The translations under genes were made by a program, and so were the position numbers. Below are positions 38,818 to 52,464 of a stretch of 64,000 nt of DNA, piece by piece. The DNA is taken from positions 55,740,001 to 55,804,000 of the forward strand of contig CM052816.1 of NCBI GenBank assembly GCA_028534125.1. The letters run 5' to 3'. Within the stretch, counting starts at the first letter, position 1. Each line of letters starts with the position of its first letter. Under the pieces are notes generated by a model. That model worked only from the letters and a program-made list of their open reading frames with translations. It had not been told where the DNA came from and did not search any database. The DNA is from Lama glama. Lineage: Eukaryota.

Positions 38818-41558
38818 GCCCAGGGGACAATAGAGCGAGACTGGAGAGGAAGAGCTAGAATGCCTCTGGGGGCCTCCCACCGTGACAAAGGAGGGCCAAC
38901 TCAGCCGAGAGGAGGCCTTGACCTGGAAATAGCAAGTCAACAAGACAGGTGGTGGTGGATTGAGAACAGTGATGAGCTTTAAGAAAGAAAGAGACAGTGA
39001 TTTGGAAGGATGGAGCCTGATAGCTACAGATAAAAGCACAGACAGAAGGAACTGGGAAGGGCGTCAGGTAAGCCAGGCAGGTTGACTAATGCTCTGAGGT
39101 AGACATTTTTGGCCAGCTCTGAGGCTGAGCTCAGAGGCCAAAGAAGTAGACTGGGAGCTGTCTGACACAGGTTGACAGTGTCAGAGCCCGGAATGGGCGA
39201 CGTGCTCAGAGCCAGAGTGGGTGGGGAGGGACCAGGGTCTGGGAGACAAGCAGGGTGTAGGTATGTTCCTGAAAATAATTTCTTCAAAAGCCAATCTGCC
39301 AGTTGACCGATTTGTTGAAAGCTGTCAAACACTTTAAATGAGCCTGCCACCATGTCAGCTTCCTAACTTTCAGAAAGCAGAGCAAACCTCCGGGATGTTG
39401 TGGGTCTGGCTGTCGTATTTGGTCAGGTCTCCTCAGTTTACCCCAAGTGGTCCCACCACTGGTTGAACTCCAAGAAACACACAAGTGCAAAATTATTTTT
39501 CTACCAACTTGAGGTCGCTCGTATAGCTGTGGAATTAAACAGACGGAGAAATTCACAGAATTTCTTGAATTTTTCAGGGCCTTCCAGGAACATCAGTGTT
39601 TGAGAGGCAGCTGGGGAGAAAGTGTGGCTGCATTTCCTGCCTCTTTATCTTCGAGTCCCCTGGCCCGCACCGCCAGAAATTTCTCCCACCTGCTCTAGGC
39701 CAACTTTACGATCGCTCATGAACTATAGCTGTGGAAGTGAAACCAGTAAGGCGAAGGCAGAGAGAGACAGCACCTGTGGAGCTAGCGCTCTCCAGGCTGG
39801 GAGAGACAGTATTTATGTCTGGCTGCCAGCTCTGCATTTACTCAAGTCTAGCAAATTGCCGAGAATTTCCAAATGCAGCGCTTACAGGGAGCGTAGTGTT
39901 TTTGTGGTCCAAGATCCTGCCAGAGTATTTTGGCTCTTGACTGGGTTGTCTGTGTGGAGACACCTCTTCCCTCAGCCTTTTCCCCTGGGGACTCGCGACA
40001 ATGGAAAGACAGCGTCTGCTGACAGTGCCCTGCACCCTGCCTCTCTTAGGAAATGACTGTTAGTGAAGGTGTTTGGAAGGTACAAAGCTCTCACAGTGAT
40101 CAGGACACGCTGTCTGCACAGTTGTATGCCATGCACGTTTGAGGGCAGAAAGATTGGACTCTGGGACACAGAGGTTTGTAGATTCTTCCACATGTTTTGA
40201 AAACTACGTTTGAGAAGTGAGTATATTTATTTGTTGCTCAGGAGAAGAAAACACAGCAAGTTGGGAGTGGGGAAGGCATAGCACAGAAATAGAGAAAAGC
40301 TAATTAGGATCAGGGTGGGAAAGCTGGGCTTTAAAGAAAACAGAGACTCAGATGTCTCTCTCCCTCCTCCCAACCACTGTCCTTGTTCTATAAATACCTA
40401 AGAAAGCTAGGTGGAATTAGACAGGGACAGTCTTCGAGGCAGACCAGACTAGAGATGGAGGTATTACGTGCCCCACAGAAAGAAGGACTGATTAAAGGCG
40501 TGTGAGGAGAGCAGTCTTGAGCAGCTATCAGCCGAGGGCTGACCTCTAGGACCCTCTTGCTATTTCTCACTCAGATGTGCCTGATTTCTTGGACAAGAAT
40601 CCCATCAGGACTGTTTCAAAATTGATTTTTCTTCCTTATGGGTAGATGGTATTTGCAAATCTTTTCTAGAAAAGTTTTTACTGGATCATGATTCTTGGCT
40701 TAGGGACCTCCTTCCTGCCACCCAGTGCCCAGACCTTTCTGGTTGGCCTAATTTTATAGCCATCCAAGATGAATAATAAAGTAATATCAGGGTAATAAAA
40801 TATTGGCTTCAGGAAGTCTTAATACTTATTGCTATAATAGGAAAACTGGAGGCAAAGAGGATGGAATAATCACACACAAAAAAACCTCTTTTCCTTACTA
40901 CCTGACAAAATCTTCAAAAGATAGTGAGATGAAAAAAACTCACCAGTAGCAATAAAGCATGGAAAGAAGTACAACTTTAGGTCATAAACTTTGAAAAGAA
41001 GTGGCCAGGGACCCAAATAGATTTTACTTCTCACCCCCTTCTCATTCTTTCCTCAGCCCATTCCCATCAAGCAAGACAGAGAAACTGGGTAATTTGACCC
41101 AATCTTTCTTAATAACTCTCCATTAGGAGAGAAATGGATGGAGATGGTCAGCAGATAGACCAGGGAAAAGTCAAAGAACCCTGGAAAGAATCCACCATTG
41201 CCACAGGATGTCAACAGAGGCAGGAAGAACCTCCTCCCCTCACCTTTTTGTTTGTTTCTTTGTTTCTGTGGTGAACTAGGAACTTGATCTGAAGCCACAG
41301 GAATAGATGCTGCTCCAAGCAGGTAGAAGTTTCCAGGCTATAAGAATTCTCAAAAAAATGAAGCAAAGTCCAGGTACCATAATAACAGGTGTACACAACC
41401 CCAGAAGGACTCTCTCTGCTCCCTTCCAGCTCTGTAGAGATGAGTAGAACCCAGTGTTCAGCTTTAAAGTTCTTCTTTTTAGAGGAAGACAAATATAGAA
41501 GAGGAACATGGACATTCCCTCCATATCATAGATCATATTTCATGTGAAGGTCTGAGAG

Positions 41559-41780
41559 CAGGGTTTCTAAACTTGAGCACTTAACATTTTGGGCCAGATC
41601 ATTCTTTGTTGTGGGGGAGTGGTGTATCCCGTGCGTTGCAGAATGTTTAGCAGCATCCCTGTTAAATGTCAGTAGCAAATACCCACCCTGGCTCCTGCCC
41701 CAACTATTACAACCAAAAATGTCTCCAGATAGTACTAGATGTTTTTTGTGGTGCAAATCACCCTAAGTTGAGAATCACTG
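41559..41780 (+). mobile_element. MER20 hAT-Charlie DNA transposon
   Basis: CAGGGTTTCTAAAC...ACAACCAAAAATGTCTCCAGA...GTTGAGAATCACTG followed by CTCTAGAG target site. Confidence 0.88.
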
Positions 41781-42449
41781 CTCTAGAGTCTAGACATGGA
41801 AGCCCACTTCAAACATGAGCAGGAAGAAGAGATGGAATGGCACCTGGAGAAACAGACCATAATAAACTAAACGAATTAAGGAAGCTAGCAAGCAAAAGAG
41901 GTAATAAAATCCATTCTAGAAGAAAATATTGCTCAAGGAAAAGAATAAATTTCTCTCAAACTTCCTCATTTTAGAACAATTTATTAGTCATCTACATTCA
42001 ATAAAACAAAAGTTCAAAGACTAGTTGGTAAAATAACAGAATGGGCTGAAAAAGGAGATTGCAGTGCTATGAAAATGAATTGAGTCCCAAAATAATACCA
42101 TTATATGACTAATAAATTATAAATATCAAGGAGCTGACTAGACAGAATTAAATATAGAATTGCTAATAAAGAGAAAGGCTTGAGACACCGTAAGAAATGC
42201 AGAATGAAAAAACAAATCAATTAAAGCAATTAGATATAGAATACAAATATGTAAGCCATGAAAAGCTCAGCTAACATAAGGGTACACCACGATTCTTGAA
42301 GCCAAGAACCTTGCAAGTGAAACAAAACAAGTACCCAGACAGAAGACGGTGGGATGTTGATAAATGATGGCTCTGAGGCTCGAGTTCCAAGAGTCACTGA
42401 GAATCAGTGATTAGTGTGAAAGTAAATTTATGAAGCATACAGCTGCTGG

Positions 42450-42845
42450 GACTCTGAATCGCAGTGATAGGAAACCCAACACAAACTGGCTTGCCTCCAA
42501 AATGGAATTTATTGGCTCACATTACTGAAGAGTCCAGGAGTCAGATCTGACTTCTCTTCATTTAGAGTCAGGCTCCAAAGATATTCCCACGCTTCATTTC
42601 TGTCCAGTTCTCTGCTCTGCCTTCTGCCACATTGGCTTCTTCTTCTGGCTCCAAGCGCAGCCTCAGGGTCTCCAGGCGCTCCCTAATGGTGGCATGATGC
42701 CCTGCCGCCTCAAAAGCTCTCAGGTACACGGCTAGCGAGAAGAGTAGTGACTGGTAGCTTCTGTCGAAGTCTTGAGATTCATGCTAGTCGGCCCAGCCTG
42801 AGTCATATTTCCATGGAGGATGCATGGCTTTGTTTACCAGGCCTG
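42450..42845. mobile_element. MaLR MLT1J-like LTR fragment
   Basis: GCAGTGATAGGAAACCCAACACAAACTGGCTT...GGAATTTATTGGCTCACATTACTGAA. Confidence 0.6.
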
Positions 42846-43059
42846 ATTTTGAAGGTGATACGGAGTGCTGTCTAGAAAAATCGTCTTGTCGACAATATAT
42901 ATTAGAGAGATGGTGGAGTCAAGACTTGAGTGAGGAGGTAATTGTAATTGTACAAGTGAAAGATAATGAATTGTGCTGGTTCTGAGATGGGAAATAAGGT
43001 GAAAGGATGATATTGAAACATGGTCTGACTTCCAAAAGTGAAGCTCATTTTTTTTTAAA

Positions 43060-43515
43060 GGGGAAGGGAGTGTTCTAGAGTAAAAGAGACTGAAAAGACA
43101 ACTAACAGCAATGTGTGACTATTGAATTGAATCCTAGTTCAAAAGAAAAAAGCAACAAAACATATTCTTGGGGCAACTAGGAAAATTTGAATGTAGACTA
43201 GGTACTAGGTGGTAGCGTGAAACTACTGTTAATGATTGAAGTAAAGTAATAGTATAGTATCTAGGAGAATGTCTTATTCTTAGGAGATGCATGCTGACAC
43301 ATTTAGGGATAAAGTGCCATGATGTTTGCTTCTCACTTTCAAATGTCAGAAGGAAAAATGTGTATGTAGATGACTGATAGAGATAAAGCAAAATTGTAGG
43401 TTGTTAACAATTATTGAATCTAGGTGGTAGGCATTCAAGGTGTTCATTTTATTTCTCTTTCAACTTTTTGTCTGTTTGAAATGTTCATAACTTTTTAAAT
43501 TGGGGAGAAAACATT
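43060..43515 (+). mobile_element. Old L1MC-type 3' end
   Basis: GTTCTAGAGTAAAAGAGACTGAAAAGAC...GGAGATGCATGCTGA...TTTCAACTTTTTGTCTGTTTGAAATGTTCATAA. Confidence 0.75.
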
Positions 43516-44319
43516 GAAAAAAAGGGTTTTGTTCTGCTATTCTAGAACTTAATTTCCTTTTCAAGTTCTCACATGGTTTAGTAGGTTATTTGGGTGAATT
43601 GAGAGTTCTCATGCACTGAAGGCACGCAGGGAAGGACAATTGGGAGGAAAACGTGTGAAGTCATTATAGAGATGCAAAAGAGACTAAAAGAAAATAGTCA
43701 AAATGTTTTGACCACCTTTTTTTTTTTTGAATCTACTTCTTTGTAATTTTCTGTACTTTCCAAAATTTCTACAGTTCATTATTTTTATAAGGAGACAAAA
43801 GAAAAGAATTAATTAAATAGAACAGGAGTCAAAGAGCAAAACTAGTAAGAAAAGAAATTTTAATTGGTTGGAGTTTGGAAAAAAACCTACCCTTTGGGAC
43901 AAAGATGGCAGTTGATATTTACTTCCTTTCTTAGAAGTAGAAATTACAACATTTTGAGTGAAAGGTATTTTGTCCAGAAAAGTAAAAAAATTGTAATCTC
44001 AGAAAAACTGGACAGTATGAGACTTTAGGTATGAATAGGGATGGAGTGAATTTAGAGGCTAGGTAAGAAAGGAAGGTTTTCTTTTTTTTAAGATGTGCCT
44101 CTGGCTTTGGAGAGTTTAGGGCTTCAGAGAGTTGGTTCTAGGCTCGAGGGAAATGGTGAAGGAGATTTTCAGGTTTCCTTCCAAAGTACCTAATCCAAAT
44201 TCGAAAGAAGGTAGGAATCTAGAGTACCCTTTGGAAGAAAATAGGAACATTAAGGGGTACCCAAACAGGAAAAAGTGTAGAGGAGATTTGAAGTGAGAAT
44301 TGTTCTTAGAGATTTTCTA

Positions 44320-44745
44320 CTTCAAATGTTTGGTAGAATTCTCCAGTGACGCCATCTGGTCTTAGAAATTTCTGTGTTGTGAGTTTTAAAATTACTGATT
44401 CAATCTCTTTGCTTGTTATTAGTATGTTCAGATTTTCTATTTCTTCCTGATTCAGTCTTGGTAGATTGTGTGTTTCTATAAATGTATTACCAGTTTCTTC
44501 TAAATTATATACTTTGTGGGCATGTAACTGTTCATAGTAGTCTCTTATGATTCTATGTATTTCTGTATTATGATTTCTGATTTTAGTTGAGTCATCTCTC
44601 CTTTTTTCTTAGTCTTGCTAACAGTTTGTTAATTTTGTTTATTTTTCTGAAGAACCAGCTTTTGTAGTTTTGTTGATCTTTTCTATTGTTTCTCTGATCT
44701 CTATTTCATTTATTTCTGCTCTGATTCTTATTATTACCTTCTTTC
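44320..44745 (-). mobile_element. L1 ORF2 fragment
   Basis: TTTGGTAGAATTCTCCAGTGACGCCATCTGGTC...TTCATTTATTTCTGCTCTGATT. Confidence 0.85.
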
Positions 44746-44754
44746 TGGGGTACC

Positions 44755-44948
44755 TTTATCATAGCACTTTTCACACGGTGGTACAATCGCTTGTCTAATT
44801 TTCTGCCTCTGCTACTGAACTCCACATTCCATGAGGGAAGGGACGTCGTCTGCTTTGGCCACGATCCATATTCTATTTTATTCCCTAGGACGTAGTAGTG
44901 TCTTCCATAGTCTAAGCTCTCAAAAAATGTATTGAATGAATCAATGAG
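44755..44948 (+). mobile_element. L2 3' end
   Basis: CTCCACATTCCATGAGGGAAGGGAC...GCTCTCAAAAAATGTATTGAATGAAT. Confidence 0.7.
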
Positions 44949-46225
44949 CCAAGCATGTCTCACTCTAGAATTTCCCAAAGATGTTGCTAAAGCCAGATGG
45001 GTGGTGCAGAGCACTGATATCCCATCAGGTGACGCTTACACAGAGACCAAATACAATCGTCAGGTCCTGAGACATGTACTCTCATTCTTAGGAGTTGGCA
45101 TTTAAGAAGCATTTCACTAGATGTACAAATTACACAATATACGGGACAAATGTTATGGAAGACTCTTGGGAAAATCTACCCCGTGGAGCCTAAGAAACCT
45201 TGATATCAGTTTGTCATCTTACTATCTCTCAAGGAACAAAGGGATCAAAATTGTCTATTGTTCTTAAGCAAAGCATGTCAAAATCTATGTTGCTTTTCGT
45301 ATCTACGTGGACAGGTAAGCGGTAATGCATACAAATCCTTTGCTAAATACTACTTTGTTGACAAGTCATGCCTCGTGCTTCCTTTATTGCTACAAAAATT
45401 AGGGAGGCGGTTGACTCTCATTGTCCAGAATAAAGTTAAAGGGGAATATCTTTGGATGTCAAGTGGGCCCATGGTTTAGTCCCTGAGTGGAGCTTTGTTT
45501 TTGCATGCTTATTGCTCTTGTATGTGGTTGCCAGATTATGCTCTCAGAGTTATATCACCACTAGCTTTGAGGTCTAAGGCAGATCAAAAATTGAAGAATT
45601 ACGCCTTCAGTCAAGGCCCAGAACAATGTGAGGAATATCTGGATGTTGCTTGGCACTGCATTTGATGGGGCTAGAAGAGTGAAATCCTGTAACAGAGATC
45701 TCTGTTTTTTGGTCATACGATTTCTGTCTTATCATGGTCAAAAGACTCAGAATACAGTTTTGCCCATCGAGGGGAGGCATTCTTAATTTTGGCAGGATAT
45801 AAAGTAGATTCCATGAGGAAAGCACTGGGCAAAAGAGACTAATAATTTGCACGGGTACACAGATACTGTGATTCTAACGTAACTTGGAAGATTCCTTGGC
45901 TGTGGGTTTGCAAGGAAAGAGCCTACTGTGAAACTCAGTGATTGCCAATTCAGCACATCATAGGACCATGTAAGTGTTAAATCTCATGAGCATGGACGTA
46001 GCTGTCAAATCCTATAAACATTTAATGCAGCATCCATTCTGTGCAAGGCACTCTACAGAGTAGTGTGGAGATATCAAGAAGCAATGACTTAAATTAAAAA
46101 AAAAACCCATGCGGGGTTTGGGGTTCTCGTGAAGCCCCGCTGGATGAACGGGACCCCTGGGCAGAAGCGGGTGGGCAGAGGAAGGTCTATGCACAAGGAG
46201 GCACTGGGGGACTTTAACCAGGTTC

Positions 46226-46244
46226 TGGCCACTAGGGGGCGGAC
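46226..46244 (+). promoter_or_regulatory. Candidate CTCF binding site
   Basis: TGGCCACTAGGGGGCGGAC matches the CCASYAGRKGGCRS core with no mismatch. Confidence 0.65.
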
Positions 46245-48397
46245 TGGGGGCCTGGGCAGCAGGCTTCACAGAGAAGACATGGCACCTGGCAAATTGAAGG
46301 ACTGGGGATTCGGGAATGCAGGGGCCCTAATCCTGGGCTGACACTTTCTATCTACTTGGTCCCTGCTCTAGCTCCTTGCCTCCCCAACCCAGGGACCAAA
46401 AATGGCCTAGCTGGCCCATCCTTTCTGCTGGGGCCACAGTGATCCTTCAACCAGCAGCACCTCTGGAGTACCCAGCACCCACAGAGGCCCCACTGACCTC
46501 TCCAGGGGACCTGGTCCCAAACCTGCTCAGAATTATACTGTATATATGTATTTACATGCAGTATAATGTGTATGTGCAGTCAAACTATAATAATTCTACC
46601 TAGTAAAACTGGAAAAGGAGGGAAAAAAAGAAGCAATGACAATTTAATGGGAAGAGTGGGCATAGATTAGAGCAAGGTAAGTGCTATAATTGAAGTGCCT
46701 TGTGTTTTTACCGAAGGCACGATAGCATGGTGATTTATTCAGTGTTGGTACATGTAGGCTCTACCACTTCCCAGCTGTCTGTCCTTAAAGTTGTTTAAAT
46801 TCAGGTTAATATGGTTTAAAAAAGAAATAATAATAAATTGCTCCCAAACCCTAAAGGTACGTGCTGTAAATCTCCCGTTGGTGCCTGCAAGAGTCTCCAA
46901 ATGTACATGCCCTAGATACTCTGAGTATCACTGGTCACTGGTAATTGGTATTTTGGTCATAGGACCTAAGGAAAAGAACAGCTTGCACCTGAACTTTCTA
47001 CCTACTTAAAACTGTCAACTAAAATAAAACAAACAAATGAAAAACTAGGTGAGCTTGGCAATACAAGAGCAGAGGATACCTGTGCCCTACTTCCTGTCTC
47101 TATTTCTACAAGAAATTTAATTCAGATGACATTAAGAAAGCTTGAGTTAGTTAAGCTTAAGTTTTCTACCCTCAGTGGAAAAGGGGGCTTGAGAGCTAAG
47201 TCAATTTAAATTACAGAGAAATAAAGTTTAAAAAACCCCACAAAACTTGGAAATCTCCAGTTATTTAGTGAATAGCTCTGTGTAACATCTTCGCTGCAGT
47301 ACCTGTCACCTCTGACATAAAAAAGGTCCGCCAAACACTCTGCCTCTTTTAGGGGCGGGCAGTGTAAGGGGCAGCAACTTGAATTTCACCTTGGAAGGAC
47401 TGTCTTCTTGACATGCTCCAGACCATTGGATCGCCAGAAACTTTCCCGAGGTGGCAGATCCCTAAATATGCATAGGGTTCAAATATCCCTTATTAAGGCA
47501 TCTAAAGAACCTGCAAATTCTTGCTTATTAGCCCAATAAACATAATTAGTGTGATGGACCAGTGTGATGCTTAATAGAATCCAAGACAATCAAGATCTTT
47601 GCTAATTTTGGCAGACAGCAGGTAAGTTGACATATCCCTGAGGCAAGACTGTGCAGGTGGACTGCTGGTCCTGCCAGATAAAAATAAAGGTGAATTGCTG
47701 CCGACCCATTAGATCCAGAATCACTGGCAAGTATGCCCATAGCAGTAACATTTGGCTCATCCCATGGTACATTCATTTACATATTCACCAGGTTTCTGCT
47801 AATGTAAATTAGCAAAATGTTGGCATTATTTTAGAGAATAAGCTATTTCCTCCTATGTAAAACTTTGTGCTTATCTCCCTGAAGTATCTGCAATCTCACT
47901 TTGGCTATAGGTCTTGTGGCAAGATGGAGAAATTGGAGTGGATCTCGAGGAGAATGGACATGCCCTTATGAAACACCTGCTTCAGGTAAAATCGCTTAAA
48001 GTTTTTCAAGCAAATTAAGGCTATCCTACTCAAATAGAGAGAGAATGCTCCCCACACTGCTAGGGGTGTCTCAAGAATCAAGAATCTCACCTTCCTCTTA
48101 ATCCAACAGATGTGCTCATTCTAAATTTCAGGGTCCTATTCCTTCCCAATCAATGCCCTAAGTTTTTAAGGAGAAATTTAGTGGCTACAAAAATTTTAAA
48201 AACTTAGGGGTACTCTCTGGTTCTGTGATGATGACTTGAGCTGAGAGTTTAAAGGCCTGGGCTCATTTTCTTCTGTGACTGCTCCTATGTACTCAAAAAA
48301 TCCATTCATCACCACATACTTATAGTCATTTTTACTGCAGTAACAATATCAACCATGGGTGACAATGTGATGAGCTGTGGTGCCATTCCATACAAGA

Positions 48398-49065
48398 TGT
48401 GGTAGACACACTGTAAGGTAACCCCTACCTCCCATGAGTTACAACATTGTATAATTTCTTACCCTGTGTAAAAGTGAAAGCTGTCATTTGCTTCTGACGA
48501 GTAGAATGTGTCAAAGGTGAGATGATACTATCACCATGATTACATTATGTTTTATGAGACTCTGTTTTAGTAGACTAGAGAAAGAGACTCTCCCTCACCA
48601 GCTTTGAAGACATAAGTTGTAAGAGGGCCAGTGACAGGGTCATGTGGCAAGGAGCTTCCGGTGGCCTGTAGAGACTGAGATGGCCCCCAGCTGACAGCTA
48701 GCAAGAAAAACTGGGGACTATACTCCTACAATCTCAGAGAGCCTCATTTTGCCAGCAACCACATGAGCTTAAAAAAGGATCCATCTGTGCTGTGCCCAGA
48801 GTCCTGAGCCATGAAAACTGTGAGGTAATAAATGTGTGCTGTTGCAGTTGGCAAATTCCACCAATTTGTTATGCACAATGGAAAACTAATACCATATGTG
48901 GTACCAGAAGTGAGATGATGCTGTAACACCTACCTTAAGATGTAGGAGAGGCTGTGGAGCCAAATAGTGGACACATGCTGGAAGAATTTTGAGCAGAATG
49001 ATAAACGAAGCCTAAATCATCAACTGGCTGTTAATTTGTTACACAGCAATAGAGTATTAATACAC
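48398..49065 (+). mobile_element. MaLR MLT1 LTR with short internal remnant
   Basis: TGTGGTAGAC start; CATGTGGCAAGGAGC...CAGCTGACAGCTAGCAAGAAA...GCCAGCAACCACATGAGC...GAAAACTAATAC. Confidence 0.75.
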
Positions 49066-49200
49066 TTTGGATTATTAGCATTTCATTTCCCATTGGTTAG
49101 GAGATCAGCACAGCATTTCAGTTCATGTACATAACTCAACTAATCCCAAAATCCTGTCTTTGAGGATCTGTTTCCTGGGACCATTCCTGGGACAAATTTC

Positions 49201-50112
49201 TGTATTTTCCAAGGTCCAGTCAGGAGAAAGAAACCACACCAGTTATTTTAACAGACAGAATTCAATGTAAAGAATTGCTGTCTGGGGTGAGAATGGATAA
49301 ATTGGAAGTTCAAGATTTGCAGATACTAATTACTATATATAAAATAGATAAACAACAAGTTTCTACTGTATAGCATAGGGAAATATAGTCAATATCTTGT
49401 AGTAACCTATAATGAAAAAGAATATGAAAAGGAATATATGTATGTCTGTGGATGACTGAAACATTATGCTATACACCAGAAATGGACACAACATTGTAAA
49501 CGGACTATATTTCAAAAAGAAAAGAAAAGAATTGCTATCTAGCTACGGTGTCATGGAAGCAGCTATTTCCCCTAGGTCTAAGAAACGAAAAAGGAGGGGG
49601 TTGTAATTTTTAAAACTTAGAAATTTGGAGGAAAGGTCCCCTGGGAGTGAAACTCAAACCTCCAAGGAAGGGACATTGCTTGGTGGTGCTCACTTCTCTG
49701 AGTTCAGAGAATGGTCCTTATGGAGGAAAGACCGAGACCTCTGAGGAGAAGGCAGGAGTTGGCCACTGCTGGTGCCTGTGAGGGGAGGGGAGGCCAGCTC
49801 TAGGAGTGATAGAGAAGTTGCAAACTAGTTTCAGTTTCTGCTGTGGAAAGTAAACTGCTGCGGTGAGAGTGCATTCAATTGCTAGGGGATCCCACAGGAA
49901 CAGGGAGCTAAGAGGAAGCCAATAGGAAAGATCAAGGCCCCCTTCCTCCTCCAACCTTGGGGTTTCCCTTTAGTGTCCCTTATTGGAAGATCTTGCTAGG
50001 GAGCCAGCCAGCACAGCACAAATGTGATTTGTCACGTTCCAGACCTGCATCACAAAGTAGGATATAGACGGGTGGTTTGGAGCTGAGAGATGATAGCTTA
50101 ATAACTGGCACA
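49201..50112. mobile_element. Old ERVL/MaLR-type LTR interrupted by a short L1
   Basis: TGTATTTTCCAAGGTCCAGTCAGGAGAAAGAAACCACACC start; ends ATAACTGGCACA. Confidence 0.55.
49284..49525 (+). mobile_element. Short 5'-truncated L1 3' end with 15-bp TSD
   Basis: GGATAAATTGGAAGTTCAAGATTTGCAGATAC...AAAATAGATAAACAACAAG; TSD AAAGAATTGCT(G/A)TCT at 49269-49283 and 49526-49540. Confidence 0.9.
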
Positions 50113-50118
50113 GTCATT

Positions 50119-50237
50119 TGCGGGGAGCCGCTCATGACGGAGGGCTGCCGAGCACAAAACTTGGGCGTAAAACCCCAAAGTGCAGGGCGCCAGGCTCTGA
50201 GATTGAGGCTGCCGAGCACAAAGGATGGGCCTAAACT
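50119..50237 (+). mobile_element. Probable start of a young ERV2/beta-like LTR, cut off by the gap
   Basis: Starts TGCGGGGAGCCG (like IAP/JSRV-type LTR termini); CpGs are not decayed; internal 16-bp direct repeat GGCTGCCGAGCACAAA. Confidence 0.5.
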
Positions 50238-50737
50238 NNNNNNNNNNNNNNNNNNNNNNNNNNNNNNNNNNNNNNNNNNNNNNNNNNNNNNNNNNNNNNN
50301 NNNNNNNNNNNNNNNNNNNNNNNNNNNNNNNNNNNNNNNNNNNNNNNNNNNNNNNNNNNNNNNNNNNNNNNNNNNNNNNNNNNNNNNNNNNNNNNNNNNN
50401 NNNNNNNNNNNNNNNNNNNNNNNNNNNNNNNNNNNNNNNNNNNNNNNNNNNNNNNNNNNNNNNNNNNNNNNNNNNNNNNNNNNNNNNNNNNNNNNNNNNN
50501 NNNNNNNNNNNNNNNNNNNNNNNNNNNNNNNNNNNNNNNNNNNNNNNNNNNNNNNNNNNNNNNNNNNNNNNNNNNNNNNNNNNNNNNNNNNNNNNNNNNN
50601 NNNNNNNNNNNNNNNNNNNNNNNNNNNNNNNNNNNNNNNNNNNNNNNNNNNNNNNNNNNNNNNNNNNNNNNNNNNNNNNNNNNNNNNNNNNNNNNNNNNN
50701 NNNNNNNNNNNNNNNNNNNNNNNNNNNNNNNNNNNNN
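50238..50737. other. Assembly gap (500 N)
   Basis: Run of N. Confidence 1.
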
Positions 50738-50996
<259 letters not shown>

Positions 50997-51469
50997 TCAA
51001 GCTCAGGTCTTGACATTTTCTTCTCTGTTCTGAGGTATTTCGGCCAAATGCATGATTTCCACCCCCAAGACAGTGCTATTGCTCTGGGTTCCTGTCTCCT
51101 TGCTAACTCTGCTGCCTTATGTCAGACAGCTTGGAGGAAAATATGATGGCCTAGTCTTTTGCCGCTTTCCTTTGAGTATATTGTCAATCCCAAGCACCCA
51201 GACCCCTGTGAGATCTCCACTGACCTTCATCCTGGTCATTAAACTCCATTAATCATATTATTTCAATAGTGAGTTACATTAAAACTTTTTTTTGTTAATT
51301 AAAGTGATAAAAACATGATGTGTCAGATTCTTTTTCTCCTACGTATTATAAATCCAAAGAGGAAGAGAAAAAGAAAATCCAATCAGTTTAACTGACCAAT
51401 GACGACCCAGTTACCACCTCAGTGTTAGTCATTGGTCAATTTTTGACCAGGTCAGGGTAATGCTAATGT

Positions 51470-52175
51470 TTTTAAAAATTAATTAATTATTTATTTTTAC
51501 TGAAGTATAATTGACCTATGACACTATGTGAGTTCCAAGTGTACAACATAGTGATTCAATATTTCCGTACATTACAAAATGATCAGCACAATAAATCTAT
51601 CTAACGATCTGTCACAATACAAAGATATTACATCATTATTGACTATATTCTCTATGCTGAGTATTTCATCCCTTTGACTCATTTATTTTGTAGCTGAAGG
51701 TTTGTATCTGCCTCACCTACTTCTTTTCTCTTCTCACCCCTCTGGCAACCACCTGTTTGTACTCTGAATCTATGACTCTGTTTCTATTTTGTTATGTTTG
51801 TTCATTTGCTTTGTTTTTTAGATTCCATATATAAATGAAATCATGCAGTATTTGTTTTTTTTTTGTCTGACTTATTTCACTCAGCATAATACCCTCTAGG
51901 TCTATGTTGTCGCAAATGGCAAGATTCCATTCTTTTTATGGCTGAGTACTATTCCATTGTGTATGTATATTATATCTTCTTTATCCACTTTTTTCTATCA
52001 ATGGACAGTTAGGTGGCTTCCGTATCTTACCTATTGTAAGTTCTTCAGTAAACATAGACATGCATGTATCTTTTTTGAATTAGTAATTTTTCCTTTGAAA
52101 AAACATCCAGGAGTGGAATTGCTGGATCATAAGGTAGTTCTATTTTTAATTTTTCAAGCACCTCCATACTATTTT
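51470..52175 (-). mobile_element. L1MA-type 3' end
   Basis: TGAAGTATAATTGACC...GTACAACATAGTGATTC...GGCAACCAC...GTGGAATTGCTGGATCAT. Confidence 0.88.
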
Positions 52176-52464
52176 CTAGTGCTAATGTTAAGTGATATTA
52201 TTAATATTGCCCTAGCCCATGGGTCTCAGGATCTTACAGTACAGTACAGGTATGAGTACAGGTATATAAAAGAAATTCCTACCCAACTGGGTTTCTGGCT
52301 GCCCTCTCTCTACCTTTCTTTGGACTTCCATATACCCTGGGGCATTGTTCAGGGTTGGGGAACAGGAAGGTTGCCCACTTACAGTGTTATCAGAGACTGC
52401 TGCAATGACTCCCTAAATGGGACTTGAGACCTCTGCCACTATCATATCATGACTATTGTTCTTT

